Positions 37,701-46,375 of a stretch of DNA of 64,000 nt are shown piece after piece. The DNA is from a virus. Both the position numbers and the translations under genes were made by a program. The stretch lies in the IMG/VR virus record IMGVR_UViG_3300028393_001967. One strand, 5' to 3'. The notes beneath the pieces were generated by a model. The model was not told where the DNA came from. It made no database searches and saw nothing but the letters and a program-made list of their open reading frames with translations. Numbering within the stretch: the first letter of the stretch is position 1; the number at the start of each line of letters is the position of its first letter.

Positions 37701-39015
37701 ATATGATCCATACCCAATACTTGGTCCTATAACTTATACTACTGGTACAAATACTGTCCTACCATCTGGGTTGAATTTAGATTCCAGTACAGGTTTTTTG
37801 TATGGATATGTTTCCACACAAACTGATTATTTGGTAACTTATCCCGTAAGTATAATTGCAACCAAAAAAAATTCACGCACTGGGGTAAGCACTATTGCCA
37901 AAAATACATTTACATTGACAATAGTACATAAAGATTTTGATAAAATAAATTGGATCACACCCGAAGATTTGGGAACAATTATAAATGGAACGCCCAGTAC
38001 ATTAAAAGTAGAAAGTACACAAACTTCAAATATATATCCATTACAATATGGGATTGATTCTGGTAAATTACCCGACGGATTAACCCTATACCCTGATGGA
38101 AATATAATTGGTACTCCTATTTCCAGCGGAGTATATACTGCTACTATTATTGCTAGTCCAGCACCATACGGGTTCAATTCAGTTAAACCTGATACTATTA
38201 ATTTTCCTTTTGAATTAAATCTGCGCACATTCAAACTAACCGTAATAGACGCAGCTACGCCCTATACAAACATATATGTAAAACCATTACTAAGTATTGA
38301 AAAACGAAACGAATACAATAATTTTATTACAAATACCGATATGTTTCCACCCAAGTTATTGTATCGAGCTAATGACCCCAATTTTGGGGTGCAGAAAGAT
38401 CTTAAAATGTATTTAGAATATGGCATACAAAAATTTATAAGTGCTGCAAGTTATGCACCTGCATTAGAACGTAATTTTTATAATAGATCATTTAACTATG
38501 GAAATATTAAATCACTTACTACCTTAGACAATGCAGGAAACCCAATTTATGATTTAGTATATGTTGAAATAGTGGATTCATTAGATAATATTAGTTCTGA
38601 AATAAAACCACTGCCATTGGTTGCTACCACGTCAACTAATAGTGGTGTTACGGTTACCTTTCCAGATGGCGGCGGTGGTGCCAATATTGGCCCGTGGTTC
38701 CCCAGCGCCCCTAAGCCATCATTATATCCTAGTAGTATTCAAAATATGAGGAAAAATTTGGAATCAGTTGCTACTGTAAACCCCGAAGTTGCACCACTGT
38801 TTGTAAAAACTGCAACTGCCCTTGGCTTAGGATGGTTAAATATTGTGGTACTATGTTATGCATTGCCTGGAAAAGGTTTTAGGATTGTTAATAAACTTAA
38901 AACTTTTGATTTTAACCATTTTGAGTTTTATATAGATCGTATTACGATAGAAAGTACATTAGCTACCAAAACTATAGAACCAGTATCCTTAATATTTCCA
39001 AGGAAAACAATTTAA
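34774..39015 (+). CDS. S53 (sedolisin/kumamolisin) protease fused to Ig-like repeats; probable virion/baseplate protein
   Basis: ENTVD (Glu/Asp), ASGD, RGVPDIS, GGTSLASP, GWDAVTGLG; YTP..F.G.D.F.Y and LP.GL....G.ISGTP repeats. Confidence 0.85.
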   Translation: MSNSETTKAVPSSLKKIDLVDNATGLMPTAIPSAGTVTPPQIATAYGIPASDGAGIKVAIISLGGGFLQSDLNKSFADLRTAGLINSTVVAPTIKQVLVDGSSGNFYSNINYSGENTVDIFCVATMVPAADITIYIGQNSYIGWRNVVARAISDGNHILTISWCTTDATFLESTLATAAENKIAVCVASGDWGSTLDGYPTLETMYPASSPNAISIGGTHLYLNPDNTRANETDDNRDPSFGNGWGGGGGVSALFSRPSWQAGLYYTPIINGVTGNPTVLSMRGVPDISAPMNAYSLYFNGSVTGYGGTSLASPTVAGILARMQKLTGIQRSSAEYNAIFYASTGSFFDITVGTNNDQITSGYAGTAGWDAVTGLGPPIGTSLLDSLTPPISYPVDQTVLINSTNNLITTNITGVYTSISTTNPSNGTISVSLGKHLYYTPDLNFSGFDNFTYSAVSPAGNSSFSNILIRVVSPTPEVPVTLTSEVTVLSNSSNNIIQLRSINNPTSFNIVSAPNYGIATILGQELVYTPRYSYYGADYLQFTASNSYGTSNISTILITVLPGIPTTSISSQTVAFNSFNTPINLIVDGIYTNIGISVSPSHGTVNIFGTNISYVPDPQYQGFDSFKYYVSNVSGHSNSSTVFLNVAVPVIVALPSSGELTKGVVNTSYPPITLSASGGLAPYSTAVIKGSLPPGITLNSNVISGIPTRAGLYQFTIAITDSNSPNHFTVYNNYTLSIYASAHTNKFQWFTNPGLLTTATSGVFTSTIVEASDINATYKLLAGTLPPGLTFQSNGYISGTPTPVINLERHKFVVRASILQTIIDSTFIIDVNAVSAPIWSYGTNPFELRTVDNNIFIDQEYVNIPLIATPPTIAPTNYPITYKLSSNYNTLPRGLTISSNGVLSGYLSTDTNPGTLDRYTFSVTASNNNYSSTQTFIMQVQNVYSNLNQIITPIFANPSFLGVFSDRENQYIPVTAYDPYPILGPITYTTGTNTVLPSGLNLDSSTGFLYGYVSTQTDYLVTYPVSIIATKKNSRTGVSTIAKNTFTLTIVHKDFDKINWITPEDLGTIINGTPSTLKVESTQTSNIYPLQYGIDSGKLPDGLTLYPDGNIIGTPISSGVYTATIIASPAPYGFNSVKPDTINFPFELNLRTFKLTVIDAATPYTNIYVKPLLSIEKRNEYNNFITNTDMFPPKLLYRANDPNFGVQKDLKMYLEYGIQKFISAASYAPALERNFYNRSFNYGNIKSLTTLDNAGNPIYDLVYVEIVDSLDNISSEIKPLPLVATTSTNSGVTVTFPDGGGGANIGPWFPSAPKPSLYPSSIQNMRKNLESVATVNPEVAPLFVKTATALGLGWLNIVVLCYALPGKGFRIVNKLKTFDFNHFEFYIDRITIESTLATKTIEPVSLIFPRKTI

Positions 39016-39032
39016 CCTAGTTTTTAAAATTT

Positions 39033-39040
39033 AATAAATA
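39033..39040 (+). promoter_or_regulatory. Late-type promoter core
   Basis: AATAAATA; related cores at 33771, 34736, 41824, 57488, 57941, 62111 precede structural genes. Confidence 0.6.
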
Positions 39041-39071
39041 CAATATCAAAATTAATTAGGTTACCCAATTT

Positions 39072-41828
39072 ATGACCACTCGCCCAAATCTTATATCCCT
39101 GCCGCATTTAACCTTTGCTAATTCTGGCACAACTTACTTTGTTGTACAAGATTCAGGGACCGATCTTTATATTACAGTGCCTCAAGCACAAGAATTAATT
39201 TTAGGATACACACAAGTTGGTCCACAAGGAAGTCAAGGATCACAAGGATATCAAGGTGTACAGGGAACCCAGGGTAGTCAGGGATATCAAGGCGTTCAAG
39301 GAACACCAGGATCGCAAGGATCACTAGGTATACAAGGAAATCAGGGTGTTCAAGGAGCACAAGGAAGTCAAGGTATTCAAGGAGGTGCAGGATCACAGGG
39401 AAGTCAAGGTCGTCAGGGCGCTATTGGAAATCAGGGCGTTCAGGGAGATCACGGAGTTCAAGGTTCCCAAGGTTCTCTTGGTTTAGGTTATGCAGGATTA
39501 ACATCAAATACTCCAAATTTAATTAGTCTAAGTCAAAAAACATTTGTAACTAACCTAAGTTCATCAAATACTGCATTTACAGTAGGGCAATATGTAAGAG
39601 CATTTTATAGTACAGTACCAACAAATTATTTAGAAGGTATAATCACATCTTTTAGTGGAAATATTTTAATATTAGATGTTTCTATTATAGGTGGCAATGG
39701 AGGGCCGTATCCAGATGTTGGCGGGTTATGGGTATTTGCTATCACCGGATCTCCTGGTGCACGTGGTTCTCAAGGTGCGCAGGGTGTTCAAGGAATTCAA
39801 GGTGTTCAAGGATATCGAGGATCAGACGGTGTTCAAGGAGCACAAGGAGCCCAAGGTATACAAGGAGCCCAGGGATATCAAGGATATCAAGGCGTTCAAG
39901 GGGCACAAGGTATACAAGGAGCAATTGGTGCTCAGGGACTTCAGGGCGTAATAGGCGCACAAGGAAGTCAGGGCATTCAGGGATCTCGAGGCGCACAAGG
40001 TGTTAGTGGCGCTCAAGGACCTTTGGGGCCTTATCAAAGCGGCCCTCAAGGTCCTGCCGGCCGTCAAGGATCACAGGGATTTCAAGGAACACAGGGTTCA
40101 ACAGGCGCTCAAGGTGCACAGGGATTTCAAGGAGCACAAGGTGCACAGGGATTACAAGGAGCACAGGGATTTCAAGGAGCACAAGGTGCACAGGGATTAC
40201 AAGGAGCACAGGGAAGTCAAGGCGTTCAAGGAACACAAGGTTCTAGGGGATTCCAAGGAGCACAAGGTATTCAAGGAACACAAGGTTCTCAAGGCTTTCA
40301 AGGAACACAGGGTGTTCAAGGCACCCGTGGTGCACAGGGACCACAAGGTATCCAAGGCGGCGCAGGTTTTCAAGGAAGTCAAGGAATCCAAGGAAGTCAA
40401 GGTATTCAGGGCGACCAAGGCATACAGGGTGCCCAAGGCATACAGGGTGCCCAAGGGTTTCAAGGACCGTTAGGACCTTATCAAAATGGTCCGCAAGGAC
40501 CTGCTGGTTTCCAAGGACCTCAAGGATATCAAGGAAGTCAGGGTTATCAAGGAAGTCAGGGTTATCAAGGTGCTCAAGGAGCACAGGGAAAACAGGGCAG
40601 TACGGGAGCTCAAGGATCAGTTGGATATCAAGGAAGTCAGGGTGCTCAAGGGTTTCAAGGACCACAAGGATTCCAAGGTGCCCAAGGTGCCCAGGGATAT
40701 CAAGGGTTAGACGGGACACAGGGTTCCAGGGGAGTGCAAGGAGCACAGGGATTCCAAGGTACGGTGGGTGCTCAAGGAAGTCAAGGTTTTACTGGTAGTC
40801 AAGGAACTATTGGATTCCAAGGACCTCAAGGATATCAAGGAAGTCAGGGATATCAAGGAAGTCAAGGTTTTACTGGTAGTCAAGGAACTGTTGGTTTCCA
40901 AGGAAACCAAGGATATCAAGGAAGTCAGGGATATCAAGGAAGTCAAGGCGTTCAAGGAACACAGGGTATACAAGGGGCAATTGGTACTCAGGGACTTCAA
41001 GGAGCACAAGGATATCAAGGCGCCCTTGGTGTTCAAGGCTATCAAGGAGCAGTGGGTGCTCAGGGATTACAAGGAACGGCAGGTTCTCAAGGTGTTCAAG
41101 GAACACAGGGTGCTCAAGGATACCAAGGCATTCAAGGAGTTAACGGCGTAGGCTCACAAGGTGTACAAGGAACGGCAGGTGCTCAAGGTGTCCAAGGTGC
41201 TCAAGGTCGTCAAGGTGCTCAGGGTCGTCAAGGCTTTCAGGGCGCTGGCGGCGGTGCAGGTCCAATTGGTGGAACAAACGGACAAGTGTTATATAATTCC
41301 GCCGGTAGTGTTGCTGGATTTGCTTCTACGGACGGTGCTAATATGTCATTATATGGCAATTTAACTGTTCAAGGGGATATTACCGCATACCGCAGTGGCG
41401 GAACTACGGGCGTTATCTATCTTAATTCAGCTCAAGATAGATATTTGTACTATGATGGCTCCACCTATATATTACATACTGCTGGATTGAGCGTCGGCGG
41501 GGACATTACTTCTTCTGGTAATGTCACTGCGTATTCTGATGCTAGATTAAAAGATAATATTCAGGTTATTACAGACGCATTGTCTAAACTTTGTGAACTA
41601 CGAGGAGTAACTTATACCAGAATAGACAGTGGAATAAGACAAACTGGTGTAATTGCGCAGGATGTAGAAAAAGTTTTACCAGAAGCTGTTGTTAAACTTG
41701 ATGACGAAACTGGAACGTTGACTGTTGCTTACGGTAATATGATAGGACTATTGATTGAATCTATTAAAGAATTAAAAGCTGAAGTAGACGAAATTAAGAA
41801 AAATATTGGTTCAAATATACAACCATAA
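39072..41828 (+). CDS. Collagen-like tail fibre with C-terminal S74 intramolecular chaperone
   Basis: Long G-X-Q triplet tracts; YSDARLKDNI autocleavage motif, GVIAQDV, coiled-coil end. Confidence 0.9.
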   Translation: MTTRPNLISLPHLTFANSGTTYFVVQDSGTDLYITVPQAQELILGYTQVGPQGSQGSQGYQGVQGTQGSQGYQGVQGTPGSQGSLGIQGNQGVQGAQGSQGIQGGAGSQGSQGRQGAIGNQGVQGDHGVQGSQGSLGLGYAGLTSNTPNLISLSQKTFVTNLSSSNTAFTVGQYVRAFYSTVPTNYLEGIITSFSGNILILDVSIIGGNGGPYPDVGGLWVFAITGSPGARGSQGAQGVQGIQGVQGYRGSDGVQGAQGAQGIQGAQGYQGYQGVQGAQGIQGAIGAQGLQGVIGAQGSQGIQGSRGAQGVSGAQGPLGPYQSGPQGPAGRQGSQGFQGTQGSTGAQGAQGFQGAQGAQGLQGAQGFQGAQGAQGLQGAQGSQGVQGTQGSRGFQGAQGIQGTQGSQGFQGTQGVQGTRGAQGPQGIQGGAGFQGSQGIQGSQGIQGDQGIQGAQGIQGAQGFQGPLGPYQNGPQGPAGFQGPQGYQGSQGYQGSQGYQGAQGAQGKQGSTGAQGSVGYQGSQGAQGFQGPQGFQGAQGAQGYQGLDGTQGSRGVQGAQGFQGTVGAQGSQGFTGSQGTIGFQGPQGYQGSQGYQGSQGFTGSQGTVGFQGNQGYQGSQGYQGSQGVQGTQGIQGAIGTQGLQGAQGYQGALGVQGYQGAVGAQGLQGTAGSQGVQGTQGAQGYQGIQGVNGVGSQGVQGTAGAQGVQGAQGRQGAQGRQGFQGAGGGAGPIGGTNGQVLYNSAGSVAGFASTDGANMSLYGNLTVQGDITAYRSGGTTGVIYLNSAQDRYLYYDGSTYILHTAGLSVGGDITSSGNVTAYSDARLKDNIQVITDALSKLCELRGVTYTRIDSGIRQTGVIAQDVEKVLPEAVVKLDDETGTLTVAYGNMIGLLIESIKELKAEVDEIKKNIGSNIQP
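39216..41247 (+). repeat. 9-nt-period CAAGGN/CAGGGN collagen repeat (two blocks separated by ~39490-39745)
   Basis: Visible periodicity, with exact 45-nt duplication near 40120-40210. Confidence 0.9.
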
Positions 41829-41852
41829 ATAATACAAATTGGAGATTAATCA

Positions 41853-42881
41853 GTGTCAAGCACAGCCAGCACCTTTATTGCAAACATAGACCCAAACTTC
41901 CCTGTACCTGGGGTAGATAATAACACACAGGGTTTTAGAAATAATTTTAATAACATTCAAGTTGCATTGGGTGCAATGAACAGTTATATTGGAACTTTAG
42001 CCGATGTTACTTTGGATGTTAACGCTCCAAACGTAACTGGTACTTATATTACTGCAAATACATCTTTGAATATTGGTGGAACTGCTGTTATTACAACCGG
42101 TAGCGACAATACACTATTGGTCAGTGCCGATGGAATGTCTGGAAAAATTGCGGTATTTCCAAATGTATTAACTGCAAGTGTTATTGCTAATACTACTGGT
42201 GAAAAACTTACAGTTAACGGGCACGTTCAAAATATTCAAGTGGGTGGCACATTTACATTAACTGGCGCCCAATCTACTTTAACATTTAATGTTGTACAAG
42301 TTGACGCAGTCAATTCTGTTGTATATGCCGACCAAAATATTACACAGGGAATTTATGAGGGGTTTTTTACCAACCCATTGTTTCCAACTGACTATATAGC
42401 AGTTAACCCTAAACAAGTTGCTTCAGCAATCGAAACTGCATTACCATATGGTATGATTACCTTGTGGTATGGCACAATTGCAACTATTCCAAATGGATGG
42501 GCATTATGCGATGGCACTAATGGTACTCCAAATTTAACAAATATGTTTGTTATTGGCGCCAATGCTGATTACAATGGGGTTCCAACATCTAATGTAACGT
42601 CTACCCCGTTAAGTACTGGCGGTAGTGCTGCTAGTTCATTACCAATTCATACACACGGAGTAAATGATAATGGACACAATCACTCACTAAATGCTGCTGG
42701 CAATGCTACTACTAACCCAACAGCAAATGGTGGATCAGTACAGTTCATAGCAACTGGGCCCGGGGGGTTTGAAACTGGTATTGCTAATACTAATATTAGT
42801 ATAGCAAATGCTGGTACTGATACTACATATGCCAACTTGCCACCATTCTACGCACTTGCATACATTATGAAAGTTGTCTAA
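41853..42881 (+). CDS. Tail fibre/baseplate protein with tail-collar domain
   Basis: GMITLWYG..IPNGWALCDG..GTPNL..FVIG; LPPFYALAYIMK. Confidence 0.8.
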   Translation: MSSTASTFIANIDPNFPVPGVDNNTQGFRNNFNNIQVALGAMNSYIGTLADVTLDVNAPNVTGTYITANTSLNIGGTAVITTGSDNTLLVSADGMSGKIAVFPNVLTASVIANTTGEKLTVNGHVQNIQVGGTFTLTGAQSTLTFNVVQVDAVNSVVYADQNITQGIYEGFFTNPLFPTDYIAVNPKQVASAIETALPYGMITLWYGTIATIPNGWALCDGTNGTPNLTNMFVIGANADYNGVPTSNVTSTPLSTGGSAASSLPIHTHGVNDNGHNHSLNAAGNATTNPTANGGSVQFIATGPGGFETGIANTNISIANAGTDTTYANLPPFYALAYIMKVV

Positions 42882-43126
42882 TGTTTAATCCTCTATTGGG
42901 AAATTTAAGTAAATTAAAAACTGAAGACCTAGAGAATAAAATATTTGAACTTACAAAAAAATATTATATTGCAATGCGTCTGGGTCAAGGAAGTGCTGCC
43001 CAACAGATTGCTCTTAATTTAGACGCATTCAAAACTGAACAACAGCAAAGACAAATGGCTTCTTTAAAAGCACTAAACAAAAATAATCAAGACAGTGGAT
43101 TGGACGATTTAATTAATGTTGATTGA
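42881..43126 (+). CDS. Hypothetical protein
   Basis: TAATG coupling. Confidence 0.7.
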   Translation: MFNPLLGNLSKLKTEDLENKIFELTKKYYIAMRLGQGSAAQQIALNLDAFKTEQQQRQMASLKALNKNNQDSGLDDLINVD

Positions 43127-43670
43127 TTTAGAACCATATGTTTGGCCCACTAGTTTTATATGTACACTAATTACCAACACCATTGTAATTCCCAATCATT
43201 ATAATATTAGTATAGGAATTGAACCTGCCGATCCGCCAACACTTGCACTGGGATTTAGAAGATTGAGAACGTTTGTTGATACTTGTCTGAACAACAGTAT
43301 TGTATTAAACCAAACTCATTTTTTATCCGACTCATTGCAAAATGTTGATACCAACTTGGTACAATTTCCTACAGAACCATATGACTACTTTGTAGGCAGT
43401 GTGTTAATGAGAAAATTTCAAATTATTACTCACAAATATTTTGAAATTGGTTTCATTACTATTGACAGTGCAATAGGTGATCACGTACAATACTGTATAC
43501 GAGATCCAGAAGAAACTGGATTAGATTTAGCAGGCGATCACAATTGGTGGAATATGGATAATTTAGATACAGGTACAGGCATTGATTTGACCTGGGATGA
43601 TCTAGACCTAAGCGATGGCCCTAAATTCGAACCTCGAGTTATTAAGGGCGGACGCAGTGATAAAAAATGA
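43116..43670 (+). CDS. Hypothetical protein
   Basis: Operon packing. Confidence 0.7.
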   Translation: MLIDLEPYVWPTSFICTLITNTIVIPNHYNISIGIEPADPPTLALGFRRLRTFVDTCLNNSIVLNQTHFLSDSLQNVDTNLVQFPTEPYDYFVGSVLMRKFQIITHKYFEIGFITIDSAIGDHVQYCIRDPEETGLDLAGDHNWWNMDNLDTGTGIDLTWDDLDLSDGPKFEPRVIKGGRSDKK

Positions 43671-44169
43671 ATACGGTGAAATCACATTAACAGAACAAGA
43701 AGCATTTGAAGCATTATACACAGGTAAGATCAGTAGTCTCGAAGGCGTATATGTTAATAATGTTGAATTGTATAATAATGCTAGATTGATCAATGCCGAT
43801 CGCATACCACAATTAGATATTCTCAAATACGGCAAATTTGACAGTGTTGAAATGTTTGATGAGGAGAATCAACTTAGTTGGTTTATGCCCAAACAATATT
43901 GTCCCAATCTTATTAACGAACTGTATGATAAATGTACTACATCTGAGCAAACTGCTAGGGTAACTCAAGAGTTAGAATTGTTTATTCAACATAATATGTT
44001 AGAGGTTTTGTACTATTGTAAATACTTAGTTGACACAATGAGGGAGAACAAAATCCTTTGGGGTGTTGGAAGAGGTAGTAGTGTTGCCAGTTATGTGCTA
44101 TACTTAATTGGTATACATAAAATTGATAGTCTTCGATACGACTTAGATATAACAGAATTTTTAAAATAA
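43657..44169 (+). CDS. Stand-alone fragment of DNA polymerase III alpha (DnaE-like)
   Basis: RVTQELELF, WGVGRGSSVASYVLYLIGIHKIDSLRYDL..EFL. Confidence 0.8.
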   Translation: MIKNEYGEITLTEQEAFEALYTGKISSLEGVYVNNVELYNNARLINADRIPQLDILKYGKFDSVEMFDEENQLSWFMPKQYCPNLINELYDKCTTSEQTARVTQELELFIQHNMLEVLYYCKYLVDTMRENKILWGVGRGSSVASYVLYLIGIHKIDSLRYDLDITEFLK

Positions 44170-44179
44170 GGAGAATGAT

Positions 44180-44440
44180 ATGGCTCATATGTCAATGAGA
44201 GGTAAGCAAATCGACATGGAAAAGTTGATGCGTCAAAATGAAACAACGCAGGCTGTGGGTAATGCTAGGTTCAATGCTCGAGGTGATAAACTTGGTCCAA
44301 ACGGACAAATCATCGAACGCCGTGAAGATATGGCTGCAACTTATCACGAAGCAAATACAAAGGCACGTGCCGTCCCAGCAAGCGGGCCTGTGGGAATTAA
44401 ACCACAAGTTGATAAAAAGAAAGCACAAGGCGAACTATGA
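44180..44440 (+). CDS. Hypothetical protein
   Basis: AAGGAG RBS. Confidence 0.75.
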   Translation: MAHMSMRGKQIDMEKLMRQNETTQAVGNARFNARGDKLGPNGQIIERREDMAATYHEANTKARAVPASGPVGIKPQVDKKKAQGEL

Positions 44441-44778
44441 AAGTAACAGGAACACTTACACCATTACGCGATCGCGTATTATTCTCCGATATGGAGTTTG
44501 GTGAAGAAATTACCAAAGGCGGAATTATCTTAAAAAGTGATAATGGCAAAGCTGATGGTATCAAACCACGGTGGGGTCGAGTTTGGGCAGTGGGTCCAGA
44601 ACAAACAGAAGTCAAAGTAGGAGAATGGATTCTATTAGAACACGGTCGTTGGAGTCGTGCAGCCGAATATGAAAACGAAGATGGCACAATTACAAAAATT
44701 CAATTGGCCGACAACGATGCTATTATGATGGTATCGGATGAAAAACCAGGTAATGAAATTACTGGCGTTCCTAAATAA
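44437..44778 (+). CDS. groES: Co-chaperonin GroES-like
   Basis: PLRDRVL, TKGGIIL, GRVWAVGP, VKVGE. Confidence 0.85.
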   Translation: MKVTGTLTPLRDRVLFSDMEFGEEITKGGIILKSDNGKADGIKPRWGRVWAVGPEQTEVKVGEWILLEHGRWSRAAEYENEDGTITKIQLADNDAIMMVSDEKPGNEITGVPK

Positions 44779-44815
44779 CTGTTGACACATTTTAAATCCC
44801 GTGCTATATTATAGT

Positions 44816-45064
44816 ATGGGATTTAAAAAATCATTAGATGTTGCCAACATCGTCCAACAAATAAATGCAGCAGTATATTCTGTCAGTAGCCCATATACTG
44901 ACGGATTCAACGGCTGGTGCACTAAACAAGACCTATATCAAATAAAAGAAATACTAGATGACGCTATTCGTCGTTGTCCAGAATTTGGCACGACTGAATT
45001 GGAATGGCTCAAAGAACAAGAGCAGAGAAAAATAATTAAAATACTCAAAAATGATATTCAATAA
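44816..45064 (+). CDS. Hypothetical protein
   Basis: Follows TTGACA-N17-TATATT at 44782. Confidence 0.65.
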   Translation: MGFKKSLDVANIVQQINAAVYSVSSPYTDGFNGWCTKQDLYQIKEILDDAIRRCPEFGTTELEWLKEQEQRKIIKILKNDIQ

Positions 45065-45515
45065 AATAAAACAACTAAAACAAGATGGATTGAAAGTTGG
45101 TGTAGTGTTTAGCTCATTTGACTTATTCCACGCAGGGCACGTGGCTATGTTGGCCGAAGCAAAGAACCATTGCGATTATTTAATTGCAGCATTACAAACA
45201 GATCCAACCATCGATCGTCCTGATAGTAAAAATCCGCCAATTCAAAGTATTGTAGAACGACAAATACAGGTCAGCACAAATCGTAATGTGGACGAAGTAG
45301 TAGTCTATCAGACAGAAAAAGATCTAGAAGATCTCTTGCTTATTTTGCCTGTTGACGTTAGAATATTAGGTGTAGAGTATAAAGACAAAGAGTTTACAGG
45401 ACGTGAAATTTGTCTCAAGCGTGGGATTGAAATTGTTTATAACGGGCGAGATCATTCCTTTAGTAGTAGCAGCCTACGCAAACGTGTAGCAGAAGCAGAA
45501 GGAAAAAAGAAATGA
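45051..45515 (+). CDS. Cytidylyltransferase (TagD-like), paralog of 24806
   Basis: SFDLFHAGH, LQTDPTIDRP, SSSLRKR. Confidence 0.9.
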   Translation: MIFNKIKQLKQDGLKVGVVFSSFDLFHAGHVAMLAEAKNHCDYLIAALQTDPTIDRPDSKNPPIQSIVERQIQVSTNRNVDEVVVYQTEKDLEDLLLILPVDVRILGVEYKDKEFTGREICLKRGIEIVYNGRDHSFSSSSLRKRVAEAEGKKK

Positions 45516-45805
45516 ACTGGTTGAAAAGACGACTTCAAAATTGGCTTAATAGCAATGACATAGAATCTATGGCTTCAAATCGCAAAAATCCTAGAGGACT
45601 TGCCATAGCATCAGATAGCGATAGTCTAAGTTCGGAACCACTTCGCCTAAGTATCTATCGTGCCAACGGTGGAACTATTGTCGAAACTCGTACATATGAT
45701 CGTCAGAAGGATCGAAGTCAAAATCAACTGCACATTGTCAGTCACGATGAGGATCTTGGCCACAGTCTAGCAAAAATTATTACAATGGAGAGCCTACGTG
45801 GATAA
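45512..45805 (+). CDS. Hypothetical protein
   Basis: ATGA overlap. Confidence 0.7.
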   Translation: MNWLKRRLQNWLNSNDIESMASNRKNPRGLAIASDSDSLSSEPLRLSIYRANGGTIVETRTYDRQKDRSQNQLHIVSHDEDLGHSLAKIITMESLRG

Positions 45806-45974
45806 TTTTGAAATACAACCTAAAGATACAAGCAAGGGTCATTTTTATGTTAGCCTTGTAAAGAGTGCTGTACGTATTGTAGCAGGTGGTTGTTTGATTA
45901 CAGGAAACTTGCTAATGGCAGGTATTTGTTTTATAATGGCAGAAGTATTAGGAATTGTTGAGGAAATGGTATGA
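45798..45974 (+). CDS. Small membrane protein (not in ORF track)
   Basis: GTG start, GGAG RBS, two hydrophobic segments. Confidence 0.6.
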   Translation: MDNFEIQPKDTSKGHFYVSLVKSAVRIVAGGCLITGNLLMAGICFIMAEVLGIVEEMV

Positions 45975-46162
45975 TTGATAAAGAAGCAACTAAAAAGCGA
46001 ATGTCAGAACTGATGGCACCAGTAGAGCAGCAAATTTTAATGTGTGATGACAGACAAGATTTGCTAATGATGGCCTGTGCTATGATGCAACGCACTCACG
46101 AAATATTACTAAATGAATTAGGTGAAGAAGGCGCCAAACTAATGTATAAGGATTTTGTATAA
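45971..46162 (+). CDS. Hypothetical protein
   Basis: ATGA overlap. Confidence 0.65.
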   Translation: MIDKEATKKRMSELMAPVEQQILMCDDRQDLLMMACAMMQRTHEILLNELGEEGAKLMYKDFV

Positions 46163-46374
46163 TGTATGTTACTACAGAAGTTGAAGTAGATCTAGCAGAT
46201 TTTGATACTGCTGATCTAATTGAAGAATTAGAGCATCGAGGCGGATTGCCTGTAGAGTATGAGGGTGATGCTAAAGAAATAGTCGAGGCAATTTGGCTGC
46301 GTCGACGTAATGGACAAGACTATGATGATCTAGTGGATCAATTAATTTATAAAGTATTAGGAAAGGTAATTTAA
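46162..46374 (+). CDS. Hypothetical protein
   Basis: TAATG coupling. Confidence 0.65.
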   Translation: MYVTTEVEVDLADFDTADLIEELEHRGGLPVEYEGDAKEIVEAIWLRRRNGQDYDDLVDQLIYKVLGKVI

Positions 46375-46375
46375 A

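Noticed and set aside
39172-41364. Many alternative-frame ORFs across the collagen gene
   Set aside because: Artefacts of the stop-poor 9-nt repeat.
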